Origin: an uncultured Actinomycetota bacterium
GTDB taxonomy: Bacteria > Actinomycetota > Actinomycetes > Actinomycetales > Microbacteriaceae
Direction: 5' to 3'
DNA: 64,000 nt
NCBI GenBank assembly: GCA_963789095.1
Contig: CAWBJK010000004.1
Coordinates: 7,334 to 71,333, forward strand
The position numbers and the translations under genes are program-made. The notes below the pieces were generated by a model. That model searched no databases, was not told the origin of the DNA, and was given only the letters and a program-made list of their open reading frames with translations. Of the stretch, positions 53,198-61,256 are shown piece by piece; positions within the stretch are counted from its first letter, which is position 1, and each line of letters starts with the position of its first letter.

Positions 53198-54871
53198 TCA
53201 GCCGCCGCTGTCGACCACGCCCTTCACCGCGGCGACCGTCGCCGTCACCGACTCGTCGGACGACTCCGGGGCCCCGGGCAGCGCCGTGAGCGCCGCCGCG
53301 ACGCGGCCCGCCACGAGCGGCGCCGCGAACGACGTGCCGCTCCACACGGCGAAGCCGCCGCGGAAGTCTTCGGGCCCGATCGTGAGCCGCTGGCGCTCGT
53401 ACTGGTCGTCGCGGGCCGACGCCTGCAGACCTCCGTAGAAGTCGGGGAGCGTGCTCACGATCGACGCCCCCGGGGCGTACGTGCGCACCCACGGGCCGAC
53501 GTTCGAGAACAGCGCCGTGGTACGCCGGTCGGGGTTGAGCGCACCCACCGAGATGAGCGGCGCGCCCCCGTCCGGGATGATGCCGTTGTCGCTGCCCGGC
53601 CAGTCCCACAGCGACGCCGGGAACGTGGGGCGATCGATCGCATCGTTGCCGGCCGAGACGATCACCGCCGTACCGAGCCCGCGGAGCACCGCGAGGAGGT
53701 CGTACAGGTCGCGGGAGTAGAAGCCGTCCTGCGGGGTCTCGTGGTAGTAGCCGAGCGACAGGTTGAGCACGTCGATCGGGCGTCCCCCCTTCTTGCCGTG
53801 ACGGTGGCGGTACACGAGGACGCCGAGGTCTTCGATCACCTCCAGCAGGGCCGACTCCTCCACCATCCCGAGCGCGTCGGCCACGCGCACAGCCAGGATG
53901 TCGGCGTCGGGCGCCGCCTGCCGCACGATGCCCGCGATGAAGGTGCCGTGCCCGGCGACATCGTCGAGCTGGCCGTCGAGCGGCCCGTACAGGTCCGGGT
54001 AGATCTCAGGGTTCGCCTCATCGTCGAGGCCCACGGGCTGGCCGTCGAGCGTGACGTGCCGGTCGACGATGTCGTCGGGCAGCCAGTCATGGGCGCCCGC
54101 CCCTGTGTCGAGCACGGCGACGACGGCGCGGCGGCACCCCTTGGGCGTGTCGGCGCGAGACGGCGCGGCACCCACCCAGGCGACCGGCTGACGCCCGCCG
54201 GAGCCATGGTCCGCGTACTCGCCCACGGGGTTGGTCTTCGTGAACGGGTTCGTCTTCGTGAACGGGTTCGTCTTCGTGAACGGGTTCGTCTTCGTGAACG
54301 GGTTCGTCTTCGTGTACGGATTGACCCCGATCGGGTCGACCGTGAGCACATGGTCGAGAGCGACGCGGTCGGCGCCCGTCGCACGCAGGGTCGCCCCGAC
54401 GTCCACGGTGCCGTCGTCGCGCAGCACGGCGCCGCGCGCAAGCGCCTCACGACGCACCTGCTGCAGCACGCGCCACGCGTCGGGGAGCGCGGGAGAGATG
54501 CCCCGCGCGCTCTCGTCGGGGGTCGTCAGCCGCACCCGCAGCACGCGGGGCGCACCGGGCAGACGTTCCGTGCGCTCCTGCCGCTGCAGGGCCTCCGCCG
54601 TGCGCCCCTCCGGCACGACGCCCCAGCCGAACGACTCCGCCGCCGACCGCACGAGCCGGTACGGACCCTTGTCGACCTCGAGGTCGTCGTCGCCGCCGAG
54701 GCTCACCAGCAGCCGGTGCGGGACGTAGGCGGTCTGGAACGCCTCGACCCCGTCGAGCGGCTCGGTGCCGGGGTCGAGCACGACCGCCGAGATCACCGAT
54801 CCGCGCGCGCGATCACGCCACGACCACCCCCGCGGGTGCGGAGAACCAGAACCGCGTCCCTCATCGACCAT
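53198..54871 (-). CDS. Subtilisin-like S8 serine peptidase, cytoplasmic (no signal peptide), with a ~190-aa N-terminal region and a hexapeptide repeat linker
   Basis: Catalytic motifs are in order: D (AVVAVLDTGAG), H (AGHGTFIAGIV), N (VSAGND) and S (SGTSFAAPLVAG). GAGAGGA RBS precedes ATG 54871. Confidence 0.85.
   Translation of the reverse strand: MVDEGRGSGSPHPRGWSWRDRARGSVISAVVLDPGTEPLDGVEAFQTAYVPHRLLVSLGGDDDLEVDKGPYRLVRSAAESFGWGVVPEGRTAEALQRQERTERLPGAPRVLRVRLTTPDESARGISPALPDAWRVLQQVRREALARGAVLRDDGTVDVGATLRATGADRVALDHVLTVDPIGVNPYTKTNPFTKTNPFTKTNPFTKTNPFTKTNPVGEYADHGSGGRQPVAWVGAAPSRADTPKGCRRAVVAVLDTGAGAHDWLPDDIVDRHVTLDGQPVGLDDEANPEIYPDLYGPLDGQLDDVAGHGTFIAGIVRQAAPDADILAVRVADALGMVEESALLEVIEDLGVLVYRHRHGKKGGRPIDVLNLSLGYYHETPQDGFYSRDLYDLLAVLRGLGTAVIVSAGNDAIDRPTFPASLWDWPGSDNGIIPDGGAPLISVGALNPDRRTTALFSNVGPWVRTYAPGASIVSTLPDFYGGLQASARDDQYERQRLTIGPEDFRGGFAVWSGTSFAAPLVAGRVAAALTALPGAPESSDESVTATVAAVKGVVDSGG
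54229..54318 (-). repeat. 5 x 18-bp tandem repeat encoding NPYTKT-(NPFTKT)4 within the S8 peptidase gene
   Basis: The units are ggttggtcttcgtgaacg, then ggttcgtcttcgtgaacg x3 (identical), then ggttcgtcttcgtgtacg. Confidence 0.95.
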
Positions 54872-54955
54872 CGATCATCCTCTCGTTGTGGCCGCACGCG
54901 CGGCAGGTTCGGCGACGCCGACCGGCGTCCGTCCTCGACGGCATATGCGGGCGGA

Positions 54956-55417
54956 TCACACCTCGAAGCGGGGGGTGCGCAGCTCGCCCGGCACGGTCTC
55001 GTCGTCGGCGGCTACGACCACGCGCAGCCGGGTGATGCCGCTCGGCACGTCTTCGAAGGCGAAGCGCCCCTGCTCCGCCGTCGTCGTCCAGGATCTGTCG
55101 CTCTGTTCCAGTTCGATCGACGTCGAGGCCGCATCGACCCACCCGTCGATCCGGCGCAGCCCCTCACCTGACGGCACCACGTGCACGAGCACGCTCGTCG
55201 TGCCGTCGCTGAACTGCATCGTGAGCGCGTCGGCATCGCCGCGCACGGGCGCGAACTCCGACTGCGACACGAGCGTCAGCAACGCGTACTCGCGCGACAG
55301 GTCGGCACTCGCGACGGCCGCGACCATGCGGTCGACCAGATCGGTGGGAAGCGGGTCGATCCGCTCCCAGATCCGGCGCAGCGCCCGGAACATCTCGGCG
55401 TCGGTGTCAGCGGCCAT
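54956..55417 (-). CDS. Small soluble protein, candidate sigma partner/anti-sigma, with a beta-sandwich (carboxypeptidase-regulatory-like) C-terminus
   Basis: AGGAG RBS lies 6 nt before ATG 55417, and the gene overlaps the sigma gene 3' end by 11 nt. The N-terminus is helical (MFRALRRIWERIDPLPTDLVDRM). The C-terminus GRFAFEDVPSGITRLRVV resembles CarboxypepD_reg-type folds. No TM helix and no HxxxCxxC motif. Confidence 0.6.
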   Translation of the reverse strand: MAADTDAEMFRALRRIWERIDPLPTDLVDRMVAAVASADLSREYALLTLVSQSEFAPVRGDADALTMQFSDGTTSVLVHVVPSGEGLRRIDGWVDAASTSIELEQSDRSWTTTAEQGRFAFEDVPSGITRLRVVVAADDETVPGELRTPRFEV

Positions 55418-56057
55418 CGGCGTCTCCTGTCCATCCATCAGCGGCGAGCTTCACCCGCAGCTTGCCCAGGCATCGTTGCCGGGTGGGGCCGATCGAACCG
55501 ATCGGCATCGCAAGGTCCTCCGCGATGCGCGCGTAGTCCGGGCGATCCTCGAACGCGACGATCCGCAGGAGGCGCCGGCAGCGCTCCTCGAGCGTCTGCA
55601 CCGCCCGCCACAGGCGCGATTCGATGTCGGCGCGTTCGGCGCGCGACTCCGCCGACGCCTCGGTGGGCAGCCGCGGCTCGAGTTCGGTGTCCTCCACGGC
55701 ACGCACGCGCTGGTGCGACTTCGCCGTGCGCCAAGCCTCACGTCGCGCGCACGTCGTGAGCCACCCGGCGACCGCCCGGTCGTCGGCGATCGTGTCGTGA
55801 CGGCGCACGAGGGTCATCCAGGTCGTCTGGACGACGTCCTCGGCCAGCGACCGCTCGAGCCCGTATGCGCGCACCACATGCCACAGGACGGGCGTCATCG
55901 CGCGCACCAGGTCGTCCATCGCGCGGGCATCGCCTTCGCGCCAGCGGGTGAATGCCTCCGCCGCGCGATCCCAGATCGTGGGCACGCCCGACGACCCCCC
56001 GTCGTCGTCGGGTTCATCCCGCAGGAACGACGGGTCGGTAGCAGTCATACCGCCCAT
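55407..56057 (-). CDS. ECF-type sigma-70 family RNA polymerase sigma factor
   Basis: Region 2 (LAEDVVQTTWMTLVRRHDTI...AWLTTCARREAWR) and region 4 HTH (YARIAEDLAMPIGSIGPTRQRCLGKLR) are present. The start is 56057 or 56048. Confidence 0.85.
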   Translation of the reverse strand: MGGMTATDPSFLRDEPDDDGGSSGVPTIWDRAAEAFTRWREGDARAMDDLVRAMTPVLWHVVRAYGLERSLAEDVVQTTWMTLVRRHDTIADDRAVAGWLTTCARREAWRTAKSHQRVRAVEDTELEPRLPTEASAESRAERADIESRLWRAVQTLEERCRRLLRIVAFEDRPDYARIAEDLAMPIGSIGPTRQRCLGKLRVKLAADGWTGDADGR

Positions 56058-56155
56058 TGTGGCCACAACCTGAGGAGGGGGCCAGAGCCCGCGTGATACG
56101 TCACGCACGGCCACTCGTCCTGGCCCCGATCCGCGCCGCCGCCTAGACTCGGCGC

Positions 56156-56881
56156 ATGCTTCCGCTCGTCTACCTCTGCGTCCGGCCGCAGCAGGGAGCC
56201 GCCGCCGCAGAGTACGAGTCGTTCCGGAGCGCGATGCGGCTGACTCCCGACGAGCTGCACGAGTGGGACCTCGTGCGGCATCCGCTCCCGGACGACGCGC
56301 TCGACCGCTGGCGCGGCTTCGCCATCGGCGGGAGCCCCTTCAACATGACCGACCCCGAGACCAGCAAGACCGATGTGCAGCGGCGACTCGAAGCCGACCT
56401 CGCGCGCATCGCGGTCGCCGCGGCCGACGGCTCCACCGCCGCCCTGTTCACCTGCTACGGGATCGGTGTCGCCAGCCGCGCGCTCGGCGGCGAAGTCACC
56501 CGCGCCTACCCGGAGGACACCGGACCGACGACCGTCTCCCTCACCCCCCACGCCGCCGGCGACCCGCTTTTCGGGGGCCTCGCCGACACCTTCTCGGCGC
56601 TCACGGCGCACAAGGAGGGGACGAGCCGCGTCCCCGACGGCGCCGTGCTCCTCGCGACCAACGAGGCGTGCCCCGTGCAGGCCTACCGGGTGGGCGACCG
56701 GCTGTACGCGACGCAGTTCCACCCCGAGCCCACCGGTCGCGCCTTCACCGAGCGCATGGCCGTCTACCGCGACGACGGCTACTTCGCGGCGTCCGACTAT
56801 GACGCCATCGCTGCCCGCGTGCTGGCCGCCTCGCTCACCGAGCCCGTCCGCATCCTGCGGGCCTTCGCACAGCAGTTCTGA
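56156..56881 (+). CDS. Class I glutamine amidotransferase-like protein
   Basis: Nucleophile elbow FTCYGIG and the His motif ATQFHPE. Confidence 0.8.
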   Translation: MLPLVYLCVRPQQGAAAAEYESFRSAMRLTPDELHEWDLVRHPLPDDALDRWRGFAIGGSPFNMTDPETSKTDVQRRLEADLARIAVAAADGSTAALFTCYGIGVASRALGGEVTRAYPEDTGPTTVSLTPHAAGDPLFGGLADTFSALTAHKEGTSRVPDGAVLLATNEACPVQAYRVGDRLYATQFHPEPTGRAFTERMAVYRDDGYFAASDYDAIAARVLAASLTEPVRILRAFAQQF

Positions 56882-56884
56882 GCG

Positions 56885-57262
56885 CTACGGCGCATCGGCG
56901 GCGCCGGTCTCCGTCACCGTGAGGAGCACCTGGAAGCCGTCGGGATCTTCGATCGCCACCGCGTTGCGCTACCAATACGGATTCGCCGCGCGCACGACCG
57001 TCGCGGCTCGTGCACGCAGGCGGTCGACCGCTGCCTGGTCGGCGAGATACAGCACCAGGACAGACTCCGGATGAGGTGCGGGAGCCCCGTGCTCGCCGCC
57101 CGTCGTCAGCTCGAACTCCGCATCTTCACCCGGCACCCGGAGAATGATGCCGTCGTAGCCGTCATGGTCTTCGAAGGTCCCGGAGACGGTGAAGCCGAGC
57201 ACGGTGCGGGAGAAGTCCGCGACCTCCGTCAGCCGGTCGGTGTGCCGTGCGATTCGGATCAT
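56885..57262 (-). pseudogene. VOC (glyoxalase/bleomycin-resistance fold) family gene with an in-frame amber codon
   Basis: ORF 56969..57262 ends ...AANPYW-TAG. The same frame continues RNAVAIEDPDGFQVLLTVTETGAADAP-TAG, which is the expected final beta-strands of a VOC domain. Confidence 0.65.
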
Positions 57263-57331
57263 CCGACCACGCTAGACGAGCCGATCGACGGCGCTCGGGA
57301 GACAGCGGGCCCGCGTGCGAGGGATGCCTCG

Positions 57332-58630
57332 TCAGGCGGCGAGGACCGCGGCCGCTTGGCGCGCGGCGCCGAGCGCCACATACTCCCCCGGCGCCGGCAC
57401 CTCCACAGGCACCCCGAGCACGTCGGGCGCGATCCGCCGCACGGCCTCGGACTGCGCCGCACCGCCGATCAGCAGGGCGCGACGGATCGGGACGCCGAGG
57501 TCGCGAAGGGCATCGAGCCCGGCGGCGAGCCCTCGCAGCATTCCCTCCACCGCCGCACGCGCGAGGTTCTCGCGCGTGGTCGAAGCGAGGGTCATGCCGG
57601 TGAGCGACGCCGTGGCGTCGGGCAGATTGGGCGTGCGCTCACCCTCGAAGTAGGGCACGAGGGTGAGCCCCGACGCCCCGGCCGGTGCGTCGAGGGCGAG
57701 TCGCGACAGCTCGTCGTGGTCGACGCCCAGCAGGCGGGCGATCGCATCGAGCACCCGCGCCGCGTTGAGCGTCACGACGATGGGGAGGAAGTGTCCGTCA
57801 GCGTCGGCGAAGCCGGCCACCGTGCCGCTGGCATCGCGCACCGGTTCCGCGCTGATCGCGAAGACGGTGCCGCTCGTTCCGATCGACACGACGACGTCGC
57901 CGACGCCGGCGCCGACGCCGAGGGCCGCACCTGCGTTGTCTCCGGCCCCCGGGGCCACGATGCGCCCGTCGGCGTCGCGGACCGCCTCGCGCGGACCGAG
58001 CACGCGGGGCAGGATCGCGTCGTGACCGAGCGCGGCCACCAGCAGCTCGCGGTCGTAGCCGTCGTCGGCCGGATTCCAGTAGCCGGTGCCCGACGCGTCC
58101 GATCGATCGGTGACGAGCTCGTCGAGCGGGGCGCCCGCGGCGGAAGCCGGCCCGAAGCCCCGAAGCCGCCACGTGAGCCAGTCGTGCGGCAACGCGACGG
58201 CCGCCACGCGGGCCGCGTTGTCGGGCTCGTGGTCGCGCAGCCAGCGGAGCTTCGTGATGGTGAACGATGCGACGGGCACGAGACCGGTGCGCGCGACGAG
58301 CGCGTCGGCACCGAACTCGGCGATGAGGTCGGCCGCCGCGCCCGCCGACCGGGTGTCGTTCCAGAGCAGGGCGTCGCGGACGACGCGGCCCTCAGCGTCG
58401 AGCGCGACCATGCCGTGCTGCTGGCCGCCGATCGACCAGGCGACGACGTCATCCATGCCGCCGGCCGCAGCGATCGCCTCCTGCAGCGCCGTCCACCACG
58501 CCTCGGGGTCGACGCTCGTGCCGTCGGGATGCGACGCGCGCCCTTCGCGCACGATCGCGCGGGTCTCGGCGTCGGTCAGCACGACCTTGCACGACTGCGT
58601 CGACGAATCGACACCCATCACCAGCGCCAT
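57332..58630 (-). CDS. xylB: Xylulokinase (FGGY carbohydrate kinase)
   Basis: The N-terminus [18 protein letters not shown] and FGGY C-terminal motifs are present, and the gene is adjacent to xylA. Confidence 0.88.
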   Translation of the reverse strand: MALVMGVDSSTQSCKVVLTDAETRAIVREGRASHPDGTSVDPEAWWTALQEAIAAAGGMDDVVAWSIGGQQHGMVALDAEGRVVRDALLWNDTRSAGAAADLIAEFGADALVARTGLVPVASFTITKLRWLRDHEPDNAARVAAVALPHDWLTWRLRGFGPASAAGAPLDELVTDRSDASGTGYWNPADDGYDRELLVAALGHDAILPRVLGPREAVRDADGRIVAPGAGDNAGAALGVGAGVGDVVVSIGTSGTVFAISAEPVRDASGTVAGFADADGHFLPIVVTLNAARVLDAIARLLGVDHDELSRLALDAPAGASGLTLVPYFEGERTPNLPDATASLTGMTLASTTRENLARAAVEGMLRGLAAGLDALRDLGVPIRRALLIGGAAQSEAVRRIAPDVLGVPVEVPAPGEYVALGAARQAAAVLAA

Positions 58631-58760
58631 GCCGGCATCCTTTCCCTCTGTCAGGTATCACCCCCACCGACCGCGAAACGACGTCTGTGAGCCGAGAACA
58701 TGGGGTTACCCCAGGGTCTCGGCGCGCAGTCGTCGTCTCGCGGTCGGCAGCGGGCTGCGG

Positions 58761-59948
58761 TCAGCGGGCGCCGAGCAGGTGCTCGGTGGCCAGCTGCTGC
58801 AGCCGGACGAAGCCGAAGCCCTTGCCGCCGAAGTAGACGGACGGGTCGAAGTCCTCGTACGCCGAGCGGTCGGCGACGAAGTCGTCGTAGGTCTCACCGG
58901 CGCCGAAGGTCGGCTCACCGAGCTCCGCGACGCGGGCGGCGGCGAGCGCCTCCTGCACCTCGGGGTCGGCGCGGAACGCCGCCGCACGCTCCTTGAGCAG
59001 CAGGTAGGTGTTCATATTGGCCTTGGCCGACTCCCACACGCCCGTCTCGTCTTCGGTGCGGCTGGGCTTGTAGTCGAAGTGGCGAGGACCCTCGTAGGCC
59101 GGGCCGCCGTTCGGGCCGCCGTTCTCGAGCAGGTCGACGAGAGCGAAGGCGTTGTGGAGGTCGCCGTGACCGAAGACGAGGTCCTGGTCGTACTTGATGC
59201 CGCGCTGGCCGTTGAGGTCGATGTGGAAGAGCTTGCCGTGGTACAGCGCCTGCGCGATGCCGGCGGCGAAGTTGAGGCCCGCCATCTGCTCGTGCCCGAC
59301 CTCGGGGTTCAGACCCACGAGCTCGGGGCGCGCGAGCGATTCGATGAACGCGAGGGCGTGGCCCACCGTCGGCAACAGGATGTCGCCGCGCGGCTCGTTG
59401 GGCTTCGGCTCGATCGCGAAGCGGATGTCGTAGCCCTTGCTGACGACGTAGTCGCCGAGGAAGTCGACGGCCTCGCGGTAGCGCTCGAGGGCCAGGCGGA
59501 TGTCTTTCGCGGAGTCGTACTCGGCGCCCTCGCGGCCGCCCCACATGACGAACGTCTGCGCGCCGAGCTCGGCGCCGAGGTCGAGCTGGCGGAGCACCTT
59601 GCGGATGGCGAACCGGCGCACGTCGCGGTCGTTCGAGGTGAAGCCGCCGTCCTTGAACACCGGCGCGCTGAAGAGGTTGGTGGTGACCATCGGGACCGTG
59701 AGCCCCGTGTCGGCCAGGGCGCCCTTGAGGCGGTCGATCTGCGTCTGGCGCTCGCTGTCGGTCGACCCGAACGCGAACAGGTCGTCGTCGTGGAAGGTCA
59801 GGCCGTACGCGCCGAGCTCGGCGAGCTTCTCGACGGCGTGCACCACGTCGAGCGCGGGACGCGTCGGACCACCGAACGGGTCGGCCCCGTTGTAGCCGAT
59901 GGTCCAGAGACCGAACGTGAACTTGTCGGCGGGGGTGGGCGTGGGCAT
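58761..59948 (-). CDS. xylA: Xylose isomerase (actinobacterial class I)
   Basis: FTFGLWTIG...FHDDDL...[13 protein letters not shown] is the hallmark of class I XylA. Confidence 0.95.
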   Translation of the reverse strand: MPTPTPADKFTFGLWTIGYNGADPFGGPTRPALDVVHAVEKLAELGAYGLTFHDDDLFAFGSTDSERQTQIDRLKGALADTGLTVPMVTTNLFSAPVFKDGGFTSNDRDVRRFAIRKVLRQLDLGAELGAQTFVMWGGREGAEYDSAKDIRLALERYREAVDFLGDYVVSKGYDIRFAIEPKPNEPRGDILLPTVGHALAFIESLARPELVGLNPEVGHEQMAGLNFAAGIAQALYHGKLFHIDLNGQRGIKYDQDLVFGHGDLHNAFALVDLLENGGPNGGPAYEGPRHFDYKPSRTEDETGVWESAKANMNTYLLLKERAAAFRADPEVQEALAAARVAELGEPTFGAGETYDDFVADRSAYEDFDPSVYFGGKGFGFVRLQQLATEHLLGAR

Positions 59949-60027
59949 GGTGCTCCTTCGGTAATTGTTGCTACAGACAACCTATAGGGTGAATATCGCG
60001 TCGTCCAGTGTCGGAGACGCTTCGAAA

Positions 60028-60049
60028 GTTGCGCTACGTTAATCGCAAC
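60028..60049. promoter_or_regulatory. Candidate LacI-family operator in the xylA / regulator divergent region
   Basis: gttgcg-ctacgttaat-cgcaac has 6-bp inverted arms around a cgttaa core. It lies 25 nt before the regulator ATG. Confidence 0.3.
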
Positions 60050-60073
60050 CGCCCCTCTCCGCCCGAGGAATAC

Positions 60074-61081
60074 ATGTCCGCTCCCCGCGTCACACTCGCC
60101 GAGATCGCCGCCGAAGCCGGGGTGTCCCTGGCCACGATGTCGAAAGTGCTGAACGGGCGGAGCGACGTCGCACCCGGCACGCGCGCTCGCCTCGAAGAGC
60201 ACCTCAACCGGCACGGCTACACGCGCCGCCCGTCGGCCCAGCGCAGCGAATCGATCGAGCTGGTGTTCCACGAGCTCGAGGCCAGCTGGTCGATGGAGGT
60301 CATCGAAGGGGTCGAGGAGGTCGCGCACGCAGCCGGCCTCTCGGTGGTGCTCACGGTCAGCGGAGACCGGCATGCACCGTCGCCCGGATGGATCGACGGC
60401 GTCCTGCGCCGGCGACCGGTCGGGGTCGTGCTCGTGTTCTCCGACCTCGCCCATCCCCACCGCGAGAAGCTGCGGTCGCGCGGCGTTCCGTTCGCGATCG
60501 TCGATCCCGCCGGCGACCCCACCCCCGACGTGCCGTCGGTCGGGTCGGCGAACTGGTCGGGCGGCCTCCACGCCACACGCCATCTCATCGAGCTCGGCCA
60601 TCGGCGGATCGCGGCGATCACGGGCCCCGACGACATGATGTGCTCGCTCGCCCGCATCGACGGCTACCGCTCGGCGATGAACGCGGCGTCGCTTCCCGTC
60701 GACCCCGACTGGGTGCGCTTCGGAGATTTCCACCCCACGGGCGGTGAGCGCCACGCCCGCGAGCTCCTCGCCCGCGACGACCGCCCGACGGCGATCTTCG
60801 CAGGGAGCGACCTGCAGGCACTCGGCGTCATCGCCGCCGCCACCCAGGCGGGGCTCACGGTCCCCCGCGACCTGTCGGTGGTCGGCTACGACGACATCGC
60901 GCTGTCGCGCTGGCTCACGCCGCAGCTCACCACCGTGCACCAGCCGCTGCGGCGCATGGGCGAGGAGGCGGCGCGGATCGTGCTGCGCCTCGCGAACGGC
61001 GAACCCGTCGATACCCTGCGCATGGATCTCGCGACGCACCTCGTCGTGCGCGCCAGCACGGCGGCCCCGCCCGACGCCTGA
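60074..61081 (+). CDS. LacI family transcriptional regulator (likely xylose/xylan locus repressor)
   Basis: HTH VTLAEIAAEAGVSLATMSKVLNGR plus a periplasmic-binding-protein-like core. GAGGAA RBS precedes ATG 60074. Confidence 0.88.
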   Translation: MSAPRVTLAEIAAEAGVSLATMSKVLNGRSDVAPGTRARLEEHLNRHGYTRRPSAQRSESIELVFHELEASWSMEVIEGVEEVAHAAGLSVVLTVSGDRHAPSPGWIDGVLRRRPVGVVLVFSDLAHPHREKLRSRGVPFAIVDPAGDPTPDVPSVGSANWSGGLHATRHLIELGHRRIAAITGPDDMMCSLARIDGYRSAMNAASLPVDPDWVRFGDFHPTGGERHARELLARDDRPTAIFAGSDLQALGVIAAATQAGLTVPRDLSVVGYDDIALSRWLTPQLTTVHQPLRRMGEEAARIVLRLANGEPVDTLRMDLATHLVVRASTAAPPDA

Positions 61082-61127
61082 CGCCTGACGCCTGACGCCC
61101 GACGCCACACGCTTGACGCCTGACGCC
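61072..61127. repeat. 8 x 7-bp tandem repeat (TGACGCC/CGACGCC) spanning the regulator stop codon
   Basis: The units are cgacgcc, tgacgcc x3, cgacgcc, acacgct, tgacgcc x2. Confidence 0.9.
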
Positions 61128-61256
61128 GGACCGGCGGCCGTCGAAAGTACCGAGACAAGTTTCGTAACATTTCGGCTACGACCTGGCTTCTGTGCGTTCC
61201 GGAATCCATATGTTGGTCGCGTCCACAAATGGCCACAATGCGCAAAGGAGCGCCCT

